From the NCBI GenBank assembly GCA_964291315.2, contig OZ219753.1, forward strand, positions 2,464,001-2,528,000: a DNA stretch of 64,000 nt, in the 5' to 3' direction. This document shows positions 40,159 through 50,070 of the stretch, piece by piece. Position 1 is the stretch's first letter. Every line of letters starts with the position of its first letter. The position numbers were made by a program, and so were the translations under genes. Source of the stretch: Candidatus Poribacteria bacterium (GTDB taxonomy: Bacteria > Poribacteria > WGA-4E > WGA-3G). The notes under the pieces were generated by a model. The model saw only the letters and a list, made by a program, of their open reading frames with translations. It was not told the DNA's origin and ran no database searches.

Positions 40159-40386
40159 TTTCCCTTCACAAAACCCACAATTCCGTGTACTCTTAATCTT
40201 TATACTATCCGTTGAGCCGATTCGGACTTTAGCGGGTGCCATAAGTGGCATCATACCGTTTTTAGAAAAAGATGCAAGGCAAGATTTTGATTGACTTCTG
40301 TAGTTTAGAGAAGCTATAATACAGTGAGATGGATTTCTGGCGGTAGCCAGCAATTTGCTCTTAAAACGCGTAAAGGGGGAAATGGT

Positions 40387-40887
40387 GTGTTTCGCTTTAG
40401 CTTGAAAGCGCGGAGCATTGTGCTCGTTGGTATCTGTATTCTTTTTATATTTTCGTGTGGAAGTGGCACGATTCAGAATTTTGAAGGTATTGAAATTCAG
40501 TCGGATCCGCGGGTGGATAGGATTGACTTGAGGATCTATCTGCTGGACAAAAATGGTACACCTTTGATATGGAACCAGAGCATCTTAAGCCCAAGGGTCG
40601 GAATGAGCACAATCTCTGAAGCCGATTTTACCACCAATGCCAAGGTCTACTCTATACGTAATGGTGTGAAGCATCGGAAGGTCTACGATGGCAGGCTGCT
40701 TGACCTCCGCTGGTCACAGGAACTCCATCGGCTCGACCGACTCATGACTGCAGAGATCCCGCGCACCCTCATTCAGGAAGACCCCGAACGCGATACCCCG
40801 TTAGGGATCATCACTGTTGAAATCCAGACTGAGAAACAGGGACCCTTCTCAGATACCTTAGAAAAAACTGCCATCTATAAGTATTAA
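40387..40887 (+). CDS. Hypothetical lipoprotein
   Basis: Hydrophobic stretch ending IFSC-GSG; GTG start after a G-rich RBS; TTGACT-N18-TATAAT at 40291-40320. Confidence 0.65.
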   Translation: MFRFSLKARSIVLVGICILFIFSCGSGTIQNFEGIEIQSDPRVDRIDLRIYLLDKNGTPLIWNQSILSPRVGMSTISEADFTTNAKVYSIRNGVKHRKVYDGRLLDLRWSQELHRLDRLMTAEIPRTLIQEDPERDTPLGIITVEIQTEKQGPFSDTLEKTAIYKY

Positions 40888-40929
40888 GACCGCTAGATGC
40901 CCGCATACCGAAGCTAAACGGCAAAAAAT

Positions 40930-41790
40930 ATGCCCATTCACACACAGAACTACCGACATTGGGAAGGCACGTTGGAAACCCGTAGTCACACACGGTGGTG
41001 GATTATTGCAAAGGCAGAGCTGAAATTGCTTGCAAGACGCAAATTCGTCCGGTTGATTGTCGCTATTCCGCCTTTAATTTATATCCTTGCCCATGCAATG
41101 CTTATTTATGTCTTTAATCAAGTACCGAATGTAGAGTTCCCGTTTGACATTGATAGCGAATTTTTCCAGAAATTTCTGTTCCGAATTACCCCCTTTCCAT
41201 CAGTGCTTATCGTCGCACTGATTGCTGTTTTCGGAGGTTCAGGATTAATCTCCACCGATCTGAAGAACAACGCGCTCTCGCTTTATCTCTCCAAACCAAT
41301 TTCCTGGATCGATTACTTAATTGGTAAACTTGCCGTTATCGGTATTTTACTCGGCTGCTTAACATTAATCCCCGGGCTGTTGTTATTTCTTGAACATTCG
41401 TTGCTGGGCGGTCTCTCTTTTTTCACGGAAAATTATTGGCTACCTTTTTCAATCATCGGCTATTCAGTGATTATTATCCTCCCGACGAGTCTGTTGATAC
41501 TGCTGTTTTCATCACTGACCACAAACCCTCGTTATGCTATAATTGGCTTCTCGGCTGTGTGGTTCGGATCGCCTGTCGTCTATGAGGTACTCAAAGGAAT
41601 TACGCGCACCAGCAAAGTGGGTATAGTCTCTATTTGGGCGAACTATGACATTCTCGGTACGACCCTATTTGGCGGCTTACCAGACTATAGCTTACATTGG
41701 GTTTGGCCGCTCCTCGTCCAGAGCGCGTTGATAGTTTTTTGTCTTTTCGTGCTACGGCATCGCATCCGCGCAGTTGAAGTCGTCAAATAG
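40930..41790 (+). CDS. ABC-2-type transporter permease
   Basis: About six TM segments; ISTDLKNNALSLYLSKPISWIDYLIGK signature. Confidence 0.87.
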   Translation: MPIHTQNYRHWEGTLETRSHTRWWIIAKAELKLLARRKFVRLIVAIPPLIYILAHAMLIYVFNQVPNVEFPFDIDSEFFQKFLFRITPFPSVLIVALIAVFGGSGLISTDLKNNALSLYLSKPISWIDYLIGKLAVIGILLGCLTLIPGLLLFLEHSLLGGLSFFTENYWLPFSIIGYSVIIILPTSLLILLFSSLTTNPRYAIIGFSAVWFGSPVVYEVLKGITRTSKVGIVSIWANYDILGTTLFGGLPDYSLHWVWPLLVQSALIVFCLFVLRHRIRAVEVVK

Positions 41791-41950
41791 CTCTGCTTGC
41801 TGTAGGAGGTTCCCCGGTTCCTGACAAACTGCGTTCGAGTGTCAGTGTTGAACCCAGTGTTGCAGAAGTCTCCGCTTTTCCTATAATTTTCATGCGGGTA
41901 CCCAAACTTCGAAATACAGCGCAATGTGGAAAAGCGTTGGAATCAGGAGT

Positions 41951-43738
41951 CTATTTTTTTCGCGCCCACCAATACATCAACTGTCGCAGATAATAGCTGA
42001 CAGTCTTAGGGATCTCTTGGAACTGCCGCACGAATGGACACTCTCCGCCCAATACCACTAACTCCGACTTGGCACGCGTCATAGCCACATAGAAGACGCG
42101 CCGCTCTTCTGTAAGCTGGCTGTCCCGCCGCGGAAAATGCCGATTCAAGGTATTATGAACGAGGATTACTTTCTCCCATTCCCTGCCTTTTGATGTGTGA
42201 ATTGTTGCTACCTCGATGGCATTTACGTGCTTAGCTCGCATCTTTTGAATCAGTGAACCCGTATAGAAATAGACGCGCATCAGAAAAGTCACATGCTTAG
42301 CGAGCATCTTTTGAATCTGTTCCTTTTCATAGTTGGTTCGCACCAAAACAGCTGTCTCTTGCAAGGGCATCAATTCCTGCAGTAAGGCCGATTCTACAGT
42401 TTTGCATGTTGTCTCAATAGTTCTTATGTCCTGCCGCGACGGATTGTGAGCGCGAAGGTTTTTACGAATGCGCGGTGCATTTCTTTCAATCAAGGCCCTC
42501 GCGTGTTCAACGATCGTTGACGTAGATCGATAGTTACGCGTGATTTCATATTTTGTAACCTCGCGCCGGCTCGCAAATTTCTGCATGATCCCCGAATCGC
42601 CACCACGGAAACCATAAATCGCTTGATCATCGTCACCGACAGCGAAAAGATTCTCTGAAAGGAGTGAAATTAAACGGAAATCTGCAGGGGCGATGTCTTG
42701 AAATTCGTCAACAAGTACGTAAGGATACTTCTGCCGGTAATGTTCTCGGAGGTGTGGATACGTCTCAAGTAGGTCTGCTGCGTAGATAATCATATCCTCG
42801 AAATCGATAGCATTTGCCTTAGTTTTGTAAAATTCATATTTTGTAGCGAACACTCGCGCGACGCGACCCTCAACCATCTCTGGATGAAACACGCCTGCAA
42901 CGACCTGCCGTTTTGCACGCATGATGGTCTCTTTTATCCTATTCAAATTAGAGATCTCTCGGAGGTTCTTAAAATCCGGATCTCTGTCTAGGTGTTCTTT
43001 ATACCGGATATCGAAATGTTGGCAGAACATCTCAAGCAGGACCAGGTTGCTATGTTGGCTCCGAAGTGGATCTGCTCTATTAAATACACCGGCGCGCTCC
43101 CTATAGAAGTCAATCCAGTGCGCTTCACGAGCGTTCGCTTTTCGCCCTCGAACGCGTTCTATAACCTCAAAGCTGAAATGTGATGCCACCTCATAACGGA
43201 TCGCCTGTCTAAGTCTATCGTTCGATGAATGGCAGAAATGCTCCCTCTTACGGCGCTCCGGATTCGTGGTTTGCCCAATATAACATTTGCCGGTCTTTTG
43301 ACTCTCGATTTTATAAATGGAGACAGCTACAGCTCCTATCTTTTGTTTAATCTGTTTCTGTTCCTTTGAAATGATTTGATCTATCTTTCCGGTCCAAACC
43401 TCAGGTGGCTCCCTGAATCCTGCGAGTCTGTAGTTTTCTATAATAATATCTTTGCCGAAGGCGTGGAGCGTCCGGATTTCAGGTCTGTTAGCTGGTTTAG
43501 ACATGTCAACTGATTCTGTTGAAGTGTTGCTATGGAAGAGTCGCTCCGCCATTTCTTCAACAGCTTTTCTATTAAAAGCAATCGCAAGGATGCGGGAGGG
43601 CGAGATGTTGTGTGTCCGGATGAGGTTGAGAATACGTGTTGTTACGACCGTGGTTTTTCCACTGCCGGGACCAGCAATGACGATTGCAGGGCCCGTGAAA
43701 TGCTTCACTGCGTTTTGTTGGTTTCTGTCGAGTTGCAT
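41951..43738 (-). CDS. UvrD/Rep SF1A helicase with an inserted GIY-YIG endonuclease domain
   Basis: AGPGSGKT, TLHAF, VDEFQD, VGDDDQAIYGFRG, NYRS, TIHTSKGREW, EERRVFYVAMTRAK; internal SIYKI...YIGQT...RRKREH...REAHWI...FN. Confidence 0.9.
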   Translation of the reverse strand: MQLDRNQQNAVKHFTGPAIVIAGPGSGKTTVVTTRILNLIRTHNISPSRILAIAFNRKAVEEMAERLFHSNTSTESVDMSKPANRPEIRTLHAFGKDIIIENYRLAGFREPPEVWTGKIDQIISKEQKQIKQKIGAVAVSIYKIESQKTGKCYIGQTTNPERRKREHFCHSSNDRLRQAIRYEVASHFSFEVIERVRGRKANAREAHWIDFYRERAGVFNRADPLRSQHSNLVLLEMFCQHFDIRYKEHLDRDPDFKNLREISNLNRIKETIMRAKRQVVAGVFHPEMVEGRVARVFATKYEFYKTKANAIDFEDMIIYAADLLETYPHLREHYRQKYPYVLVDEFQDIAPADFRLISLLSENLFAVGDDDQAIYGFRGGDSGIMQKFASRREVTKYEITRNYRSTSTIVEHARALIERNAPRIRKNLRAHNPSRQDIRTIETTCKTVESALLQELMPLQETAVLVRTNYEKEQIQKMLAKHVTFLMRVYFYTGSLIQKMRAKHVNAIEVATIHTSKGREWEKVILVHNTLNRHFPRRDSQLTEERRVFYVAMTRAKSELVVLGGECPFVRQFQEIPKTVSYYLRQLMYWWARKK

Positions 43739-43742
43739 AATT

Positions 43743-44177
43743 TTATTTCGGCATCCGTTGAACCCATAGCAGCAGTGCCACATTCATCGCCCCAATAAAA
43801 CCGAGGACATAGGATTGAATTCCTGCTAATGTGTCAAGCGAACGGATGAGGAACGGGCAGAAAATTGGCAAGCCGAGCGCGAAGCAGGTATAAAAAGTTA
43901 AATGTTTTGCTCCTTTTGCTTCCCAGAAAGTGATTTGCCGCTTTAAAACCTTTAGATATGACTGATTCCATAACCGAGATGTCCACTTTCCGTGCATGTA
44001 GCCTAAGCCGATGCCTAAGCCGTAACCGACACTCAACCACCGGAGGTCGATGCGTACGTCGTAGGAGATCGCTACTGTCCAGAGCAGCTGTCCCAACACG
44101 GAAAGCACGATGAACGCCCAGAGAACTGGCAGCTTCATATAGAACGGAAGTAAGCGACGGTACAATTTATTTGACAT
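43743..44177 (-). CDS. Hypothetical integral membrane protein (~4 TM)
   Basis: Hydrophobic segments; start overlaps the purQ 3' end and the stop is 4 nt before the helicase ATG. Confidence 0.65.
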   Translation of the reverse strand: MSNKLYRRLLPFYMKLPVLWAFIVLSVLGQLLWTVAISYDVRIDLRWLSVGYGLGIGLGYMHGKWTSRLWNQSYLKVLKRQITFWEAKGAKHLTFYTCFALGLPIFCPFLIRSLDTLAGIQSYVLGFIGAMNVALLLWVQRMPK

Positions 44178-44970
44178 GCGCTTTGACGTAATCAACGGCG
44201 TTTTTAAAGATAGCAAGTCCCTCGCCTTTTTCAGAGGCGTTCTCTGGTGTTTCGGTGAGTCGAGTCCAGTGTGGATGATTCCATTTCATTAGAAACCGTT
44301 CTGGATGCGGCATTAATCCGAAAATTCTGCCTGTTGGGTCGCAAATGCCGGCGATATCGGCATCAGAACCGTTCGGATTGTCCGGGTATGTGCTCTTGAC
44401 ATATCGGAACACAACCTGATTCTTTGATTCTAATTCTTCCAATACATCTGCTGGAGCAGTAAAACGGCCTTCAGCGTGCGCAACCGGAAGATAGATGCGT
44501 TCTTTGATACCCTTTGTGAAAACACATGGGCTCTCTTGTACTTTCAAATCAACCCATCGACACTCAAATTTTGCAGAGGTATTCATTGACAATGTTGTTC
44601 GTTGGATCATTTCTGGGGTACCACTTTCAGAGATATTCATCCCCGGCAGTAAGCCTGTTCGTACAAGCACTTGAAAACCGTTACATATACCGAGTATCAG
44701 TTTATTATCTCCGACAAATCTACTAAGGGCATCCGCCAGTTTGTGTTTCATCTCGATGGCTAATAGAATACCGGCCGAAATGTCGTCACCGTACGAGAAA
44801 CCCCCAGGAATCGCCAGGATCTCGTAGTCGGCTAAGTTGACTTTTCCAGCTATCAACTTCTGGATGTGTGTTAACGCCGTCTCCGCCCCGGCGAGCTGGA
44901 ACGCTGCATCCGTTTCTATATCGCAGTTAGTTCCTGCAGTTCGTAAGATAAGTACTTTAGGTTTCAGCAT
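44167..44970 (-). CDS. purQ: Phosphoribosylformylglycinamidine synthase I (glutaminase subunit)
   Basis: GTNCD, PGGFSYGD, GICNGFQ, AHAEG, GLMPHPER. Confidence 0.96.
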   Translation of the reverse strand: MLKPKVLILRTAGTNCDIETDAAFQLAGAETALTHIQKLIAGKVNLADYEILAIPGGFSYGDDISAGILLAIEMKHKLADALSRFVGDNKLILGICNGFQVLVRTGLLPGMNISESGTPEMIQRTTLSMNTSAKFECRWVDLKVQESPCVFTKGIKERIYLPVAHAEGRFTAPADVLEELESKNQVVFRYVKSTYPDNPNGSDADIAGICDPTGRIFGLMPHPERFLMKWNHPHWTRLTETPENASEKGEGLAIFKNAVDYVKAHVK

Positions 44971-45126
44971 TTTTATGATTAAATCTCTCACCGTTCCATG
45001 GCAACCTATACATTACGCGACGGTTTTTCGTAAATTCCAATATTTCTGGGTTATGGAAAGTATCCTAGCGAAATCTATCAGTCGTCTGAATCAGGGACCC
45101 ATGGGATTTTAAGGATGCCCTCAAAT

Positions 45127-47526
45127 TCACCACTGCAACGGAGCCTGCCATGCAGTTTTGAGTCTGTCGATAGAAACTGCAACGATTCGATGCCCCGAGG
45201 TGGTCTTGATCACAAAATCTGATGTCTCTCTAACGGTTCCGAGGCAGCCCATGGGCACTCCGGTCATGTGGGTCTCATAGTCGTGCCGATGCTCGGGCTC
45301 AATTTCCACAAGAAACCGGCTATTTGACTCCGAGAATAGGATCGTATCATCGGCAGGGATTTCATCGCCTGTCGGAACATTGTTGAGGTTCAGAGCCATT
45401 CCATACCCACCTGAAAATGCCATTTCTGCGGCTGCTACACCGATGCCACCTTCAGAACAGTCATGACACGAACGTACCAATCCGTTACTGATAGCAGTGC
45501 TGAGTCTTTCCATCGTTAACTTACCCTCATCAGGACGCACAACGGGTGCTTTGTTTCCGATAAAACCGTGAATGCTAAAGTAGTGGGACCCGCCCAATTC
45601 AGGATATGTGTTACCAACGACATAGATGTAATTGCCGGGGGCTTTCACATCCATCGTGACTGCCCGCTGCACATCCGGGATCACACAGATAGCGGATATG
45701 AGCAGCGTCGCTGGGATCGCGCGTTGTTCCCCGGTAGTTGTGTCACTATATTCGTTGTAAAGGCTATCTTTACCGGAGATAAAAGGGGTGCCGTAGGCGG
45801 TTGCTATGTCATAACATGCTCTTGCTGCGCGCACCAACTCTCCAAGTCGATCGGGTTTGTCAGGGTTACCCCAACAGAAATTATCCAAGAGCGCCGTCTT
45901 CTCTAAGGTCCCACCGACAGCGATTATGTTCCGTAGAGCCTCATCTATGGCTGCCGCTGCACTGATATACGGATCTATATCGCTATATTTCGGGTTGATT
46001 CCGTTGGCGACTATCACCCCCTTGGAGCCCCCAATGACCGGTGTAACAACACAAGCATCGCTCGGTCCATCGTTTTCTGCACCGACAAGTGGATTGATGA
46101 CCATACCGCCTTGCACACCGTGGTCGTATTGCCGGATAACGGATTCTTTACTGGCTATATTTGGACTCGCGAGCAGGCCAAGAAGATCGTCTGTATAGTC
46201 TCTGCTCTCTTTACCCGGCGACACCATTTCTGGATGCTGTCGTGGCTGCCAAACTGCCTGTTTGACAGGTTGTGGTAAACCGTTATGCAGAAATTCCATC
46301 TCTAAATCCGCAACAATTCTCTCTTCGTAAAAGATTTGTAACCTGCGCGTCTCTGTGAAACGCCCGAGAACTGTCGCCTCGACGAGTTCAGACGCACATA
46401 TCTCTACCAGTTCATCTAGGTTTTCAGGGGGCACGGCGATGACCATGCGCTCTTGCGCTTCAGAGAGCCAAATTTCCCACGGCGCGAGGCCCTCATATTT
46501 CAGAGAGACGCGTTCGAGATGTACCTCTGCGCCTATGTGCTCCCCCATCTCGCCGACTGCCGAAGAGAACCCGCCGGCACCACAATCCGTTATTGAGCGA
46601 TAGAGATTCCGATCCCGGGCCTGTAGTAACGCGTCAACGATCTTCTTTTCCATGATTGGATTACCAATCTGTACCACGCTGCCAAGATTTTCAGATGTAT
46701 CATCTAATTCCGCAGAAGAAAAAGTCGCACCGTGAATACCGTCACGACCTGTTTGTCCGCCAATAGAGACGACGAGATCTCCGGGTTCAACAGATTTTTC
46801 ACACCTGTTTCTCGGTATTAGACCGACATTTCCACAAAAAACGAGTGGGTTTGCGGTATAACGGGTATCAAACAGAATCGCACCGTTCGCAGTCGGAATG
46901 CCCATCCGGTTACCGTAATCGCGCACGCCCGCAACGACACCATTAAAGACGCGTTTCGGATGAAGGGTACCTTTCGGCAGCTGCGCATAAGATGTCTCCG
47001 GCAATCCGAAGCAGAAAACATCTGTATTAAGAATAGGCTTTGCCCCAAGTCCTGTGCCGAGTGAATCACGAATTACACCGCCGATGCCTGTACCCGCGCC
47101 ACCATAGGGCTCAATCGCTGAAGGATGATTGTGGGTCTCTACTTTGAAGACGAGGTTATAAGTATCGTCAAATTCAATGATACCAGCGTTATCCGAGAAA
47201 ACAGAGACACACCACGACTTGGCTATCTCTTCCGTTGCGCGTTGGATAAAGGTCGCAAACAGACTGTCGATTCGCTCTGACGGTTTGCCATCTTCAGAAT
47301 AAAAGATAACGCTCTTAAACGTTTTGTGGACGCAGTGTTCCGACCAAGTTTGCGCTATCGTCTCAATTTCTACATCCGTTGGATTGCGTTCTAACCCCTT
47401 AAAATGGGTCTGAATCGTCTGCATCTCTTGGAGGTTCAGAGACAACGTGCCCTCTCGACTGATGCGCAGCAGCTCGGTGTCATCGGCATCTAGGATCGCT
47501 ATGTTTTTAACTGTACTAGACATCAC
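45127..47526 (-). CDS. purL: Phosphoribosylformylglycinamidine synthase II
   Basis: WSEHCVHKTF, KVETHNHPSAIEP, GRDGIHGATFSS, DCGAGG, SEAQERM, SGKDSLYNE. Confidence 0.97.
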   Translation of the reverse strand: MMSSTVKNIAILDADDTELLRISREGTLSLNLQEMQTIQTHFKGLERNPTDVEIETIAQTWSEHCVHKTFKSVIFYSEDGKPSERIDSLFATFIQRATEEIAKSWCVSVFSDNAGIIEFDDTYNLVFKVETHNHPSAIEPYGGAGTGIGGVIRDSLGTGLGAKPILNTDVFCFGLPETSYAQLPKGTLHPKRVFNGVVAGVRDYGNRMGIPTANGAILFDTRYTANPLVFCGNVGLIPRNRCEKSVEPGDLVVSIGGQTGRDGIHGATFSSAELDDTSENLGSVVQIGNPIMEKKIVDALLQARDRNLYRSITDCGAGGFSSAVGEMGEHIGAEVHLERVSLKYEGLAPWEIWLSEAQERMVIAVPPENLDELVEICASELVEATVLGRFTETRRLQIFYEERIVADLEMEFLHNGLPQPVKQAVWQPRQHPEMVSPGKESRDYTDDLLGLLASPNIASKESVIRQYDHGVQGGMVINPLVGAENDGPSDACVVTPVIGGSKGVIVANGINPKYSDIDPYISAAAAIDEALRNIIAVGGTLEKTALLDNFCWGNPDKPDRLGELVRAARACYDIATAYGTPFISGKDSLYNEYSDTTTGEQRAIPATLLISAICVIPDVQRAVTMDVKAPGNYIYVVGNTYPELGGSHYFSIHGFIGNKAPVVRPDEGKLTMERLSTAISNGLVRSCHDCSEGGIGVAAAEMAFSGGYGMALNLNNVPTGDEIPADDTILFSESNSRFLVEIEPEHRHDYETHMTGVPMGCLGTVRETSDFVIKTTSGHRIVAVSIDRLKTAWQAPLQW

Positions 47527-47598
47527 TTTCTCCGCTCTTAATCGCAGTCATCAAAGCGTTTTCTTATCAACATTTTTCGCTCCGAAGTAAGCCGATAT

Positions 47599-48420
47599 CT
47601 ACTCTTTAAACGAAGCTGTCACCCGCGGAATACTCTCCTCACAGGCGAATCTTTCAATGCTTGAGGCACCAACAAAGCCGACGGTGTCCGTGTTCTCATT
47701 GATAAAAGATGCTTCCGGGGCCTTTGAGATGGGTCCTCCATGTGCAAGACAGATAATATCTGGATTCACCTTGCGCGCAGCATCACATATCTCCTGTACC
47801 CGGACAGCAGCGTTTTCCAATGTGAAGGCGGTTTCTGCGCCGATCGTTCCACCTGTTGTGGTACCCATATGTGCAATAATGACATCTGCCCCCACTTTTG
47901 CCATGTTTTCAGCCTCCTCAGGGTTGAAAACATAGACAATCGTGAATAGATCCATTTCGTGAGCGATACCAATCATTTCGACCTCTTTATAGAACCCCAT
48001 TCCTGTCTCTTCAAGTGTCACTCGGAAAGTACCATCAATTACGCCAACGGTGGGGAAGTTGTTAACGCCATCAAAACCGACATCTCGGACCTGTTTAAGG
48101 AAATTACGCATCCGGCGCGTCGGATCAGTGCCGTTGACACCGGCGATAACCGGGGTGTCTTTGACAACAGGCAGCACTTCACGTTCCCCCATCTCCATGA
48201 CGATAGCGTTCGCATCTCCGTAAGCCAAAAGTCCGGCGCAGGAGCCAAACCCGGACATCCGGTAGCGCCCTGAGTTATAAATTACAATCAGATCCGCACC
48301 TCCTTGTTCAGCGAATTTCGCTGTAATACCCGTTCCTGCTCCAACAGCGAGCAACGGTTTGTCTCTATTCAGTTCTGCTGTCAAGCGCCCTAATACTTCA
48401 CCGCGTCTATAATCTGGCAT
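47599..48420 (-). CDS. TIM-barrel signal-transduction / phosphoenolpyruvate-hydrolase-like protein
   Basis: GAGTGITAK, YNSGRYRM, GVNGTDP, NFPTVG, HGGPI, GASSIER. Confidence 0.9.
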   Translation of the reverse strand: MPDYRRGEVLGRLTAELNRDKPLLAVGAGTGITAKFAEQGGADLIVIYNSGRYRMSGFGSCAGLLAYGDANAIVMEMGEREVLPVVKDTPVIAGVNGTDPTRRMRNFLKQVRDVGFDGVNNFPTVGVIDGTFRVTLEETGMGFYKEVEMIGIAHEMDLFTIVYVFNPEEAENMAKVGADVIIAHMGTTTGGTIGAETAFTLENAAVRVQEICDAARKVNPDIICLAHGGPISKAPEASFINENTDTVGFVGASSIERFACEESIPRVTASFKE

Positions 48421-48521
48421 CGATTATTTTCCTTTCTTAATAATAGCCGTTAGCAAGAAAATCCTCTCATAGCGAGATTTTCCGACTTTCGCCTGATGAC
48501 CAACAGTCAACGACTATCTGA

Positions 48522-49916
48522 CTATTCGCCTCTCGATTTTGCTTGTAGGCGTGCCGCCTGCCCCGGATCACCGATGTGCATGGTGTTGTAAGCTTGCTCG
48601 GATGTTTTGAATGGCCCCACGCCTTTGTGTCCGTGCCAATCCCCTTGTGTCAGGATCGGATTTGTCAGTCCAGTTTCTTGTTCCCGCTGCCGAATCCAGT
48701 TTTTCATGCGTGTTTCGAGGACGTTAACAATGTCAGGATGTGTCTCAGCGAGGTTGTTATTCTCGTCGGGATCTCGAATGAGGTTATAGAGTTCAACTGG
48801 CGGTTTGAAATGAAAATCCGGTTCAAGCGCGACGATAAGTTTCCACTCCGGGGTACGCCAACCGTGTTTGCGCATCCACGTACACTCTGTGATATAGAAC
48901 TCACTGTCGTAAGAAGCTATTTCGCCATCAACGAGACGGATGAGACTATTACCATCGAATTCAATATCTGTGTCGATGTCCGCTAACTCAAGGAGCGTGG
49001 GCACAAGATCTTTATGTTGATTGTATCCGGGGACCCGTTTTCGAGAAGGAATGCGTCTCGGATAGCGGATAATGAGCGGAACATGCAAGGTAACGTCATA
49101 GAGACCGTGATGGTCGAACCAGCATTCATGGTCATAGAGGGTTTCACCGTGATCCCCGTTGATAACCACTATTGTGTCGTCAAGGACACCGCGCGTTTCA
49201 AGCGCGTTAAAGAGGGTCTGGATACAAGCATCCATATAAGCAATCGCCCCGTCGTATTGGGCGATGACGTAATCTTTATCGGTGATTCCCACCGGCATCC
49301 AAGAGGCAAAATAGTCACAAAAAGGTTTGAAGGCCATCACAGGTTCCATGGAGGAACAACTGGGATCACACTCGTCTCCGTGGTAAAACATGCGTTCATA
49401 AGGGGCAGGCGGTAGGTAGGGAGAATGTGGGTCCATGTGGCGCAGGAACAGAAAAAAAGGCTTTTCGTCGTTTTGATCAATCAATCGGTTCAGTTCCGGA
49501 AGGGCAGTTTTGTTCAGATTCTCCGCTTTAGGGCTCCGACCGCTTTCGTCGGGACCCCACCCGGAATAGTTCAGATAGGTATCAAAACCGCGAGCACTCG
49601 GTCCACTGAAACCGACACAAGTTGTATCATAACCGACATCTCGTAGAATCTCCGCTAATGTTTTGACCTCCGCGCGCATCGCTCCTTGGTGACGCAAAGC
49701 CACAACTTGTGTGCTGAAGGCGTCTAACCCTGTTAGCATAGAGGCATAGGCGCTTGTTGTCGGAATGTGTGCGCTGTAGGTTTTCTCAAAGAGAGTAGCA
49801 CTCTCCGCGAAACGATCGATGTGAGGGGTCGTCAGCCGATCGTATCCATAGCAGCTCATATGTGTCGCGAGGAGAGAGTCAACTCCCATTAACACGATAT
49901 TAGGACGTTTTGTCAT
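48522..49916 (-). CDS. Sulfatase-like hydrolase (alkaline phosphatase superfamily)
   Basis: RPNIVLMGVDSL, ASMLTG, DPHSPY, GDHGE, HVPLII, ELYNL..DP.E. Confidence 0.88.
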   Translation of the reverse strand: MTKRPNIVLMGVDSLLATHMSCYGYDRLTTPHIDRFAESATLFEKTYSAHIPTTSAYASMLTGLDAFSTQVVALRHQGAMRAEVKTLAEILRDVGYDTTCVGFSGPSARGFDTYLNYSGWGPDESGRSPKAENLNKTALPELNRLIDQNDEKPFFLFLRHMDPHSPYLPPAPYERMFYHGDECDPSCSSMEPVMAFKPFCDYFASWMPVGITDKDYVIAQYDGAIAYMDACIQTLFNALETRGVLDDTIVVINGDHGETLYDHECWFDHHGLYDVTLHVPLIIRYPRRIPSRKRVPGYNQHKDLVPTLLELADIDTDIEFDGNSLIRLVDGEIASYDSEFYITECTWMRKHGWRTPEWKLIVALEPDFHFKPPVELYNLIRDPDENNNLAETHPDIVNVLETRMKNWIRQREQETGLTNPILTQGDWHGHKGVGPFKTSEQAYNTMHIGDPGQAARLQAKSRGE

Positions 49917-49990
49917 ATTCTTCTCCTTACTTAAAGGGTATCTGTTATCCGTAGGAGAGGCTTAAGTTCACCCCGCATTTTCCAGTAAAT

Positions 49991-50014
49991 CGTCACTTTT
50001 GCTCAAAAGTGACG
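49991..50014. repeat. Near-perfect palindrome
   Basis: cgtcacttttg-ct-caaaagtgacg in the PhyH-sulfatase intergenic region. Confidence 0.6.
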
Positions 50015-50070
50015 GTTGACAACTACGACATCTAAAAATTTATTGGAAGCAATGCTGTGGTGTCTGCTCT

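Noticed and set aside
43079-43324. Intein or group I intron carrying the GIY-YIG domain
   Set aside because: No Cys/Ser-start and His-Asn-end splice motifs, no HINT blocks, and the frame is continuous with no room for an intron core.
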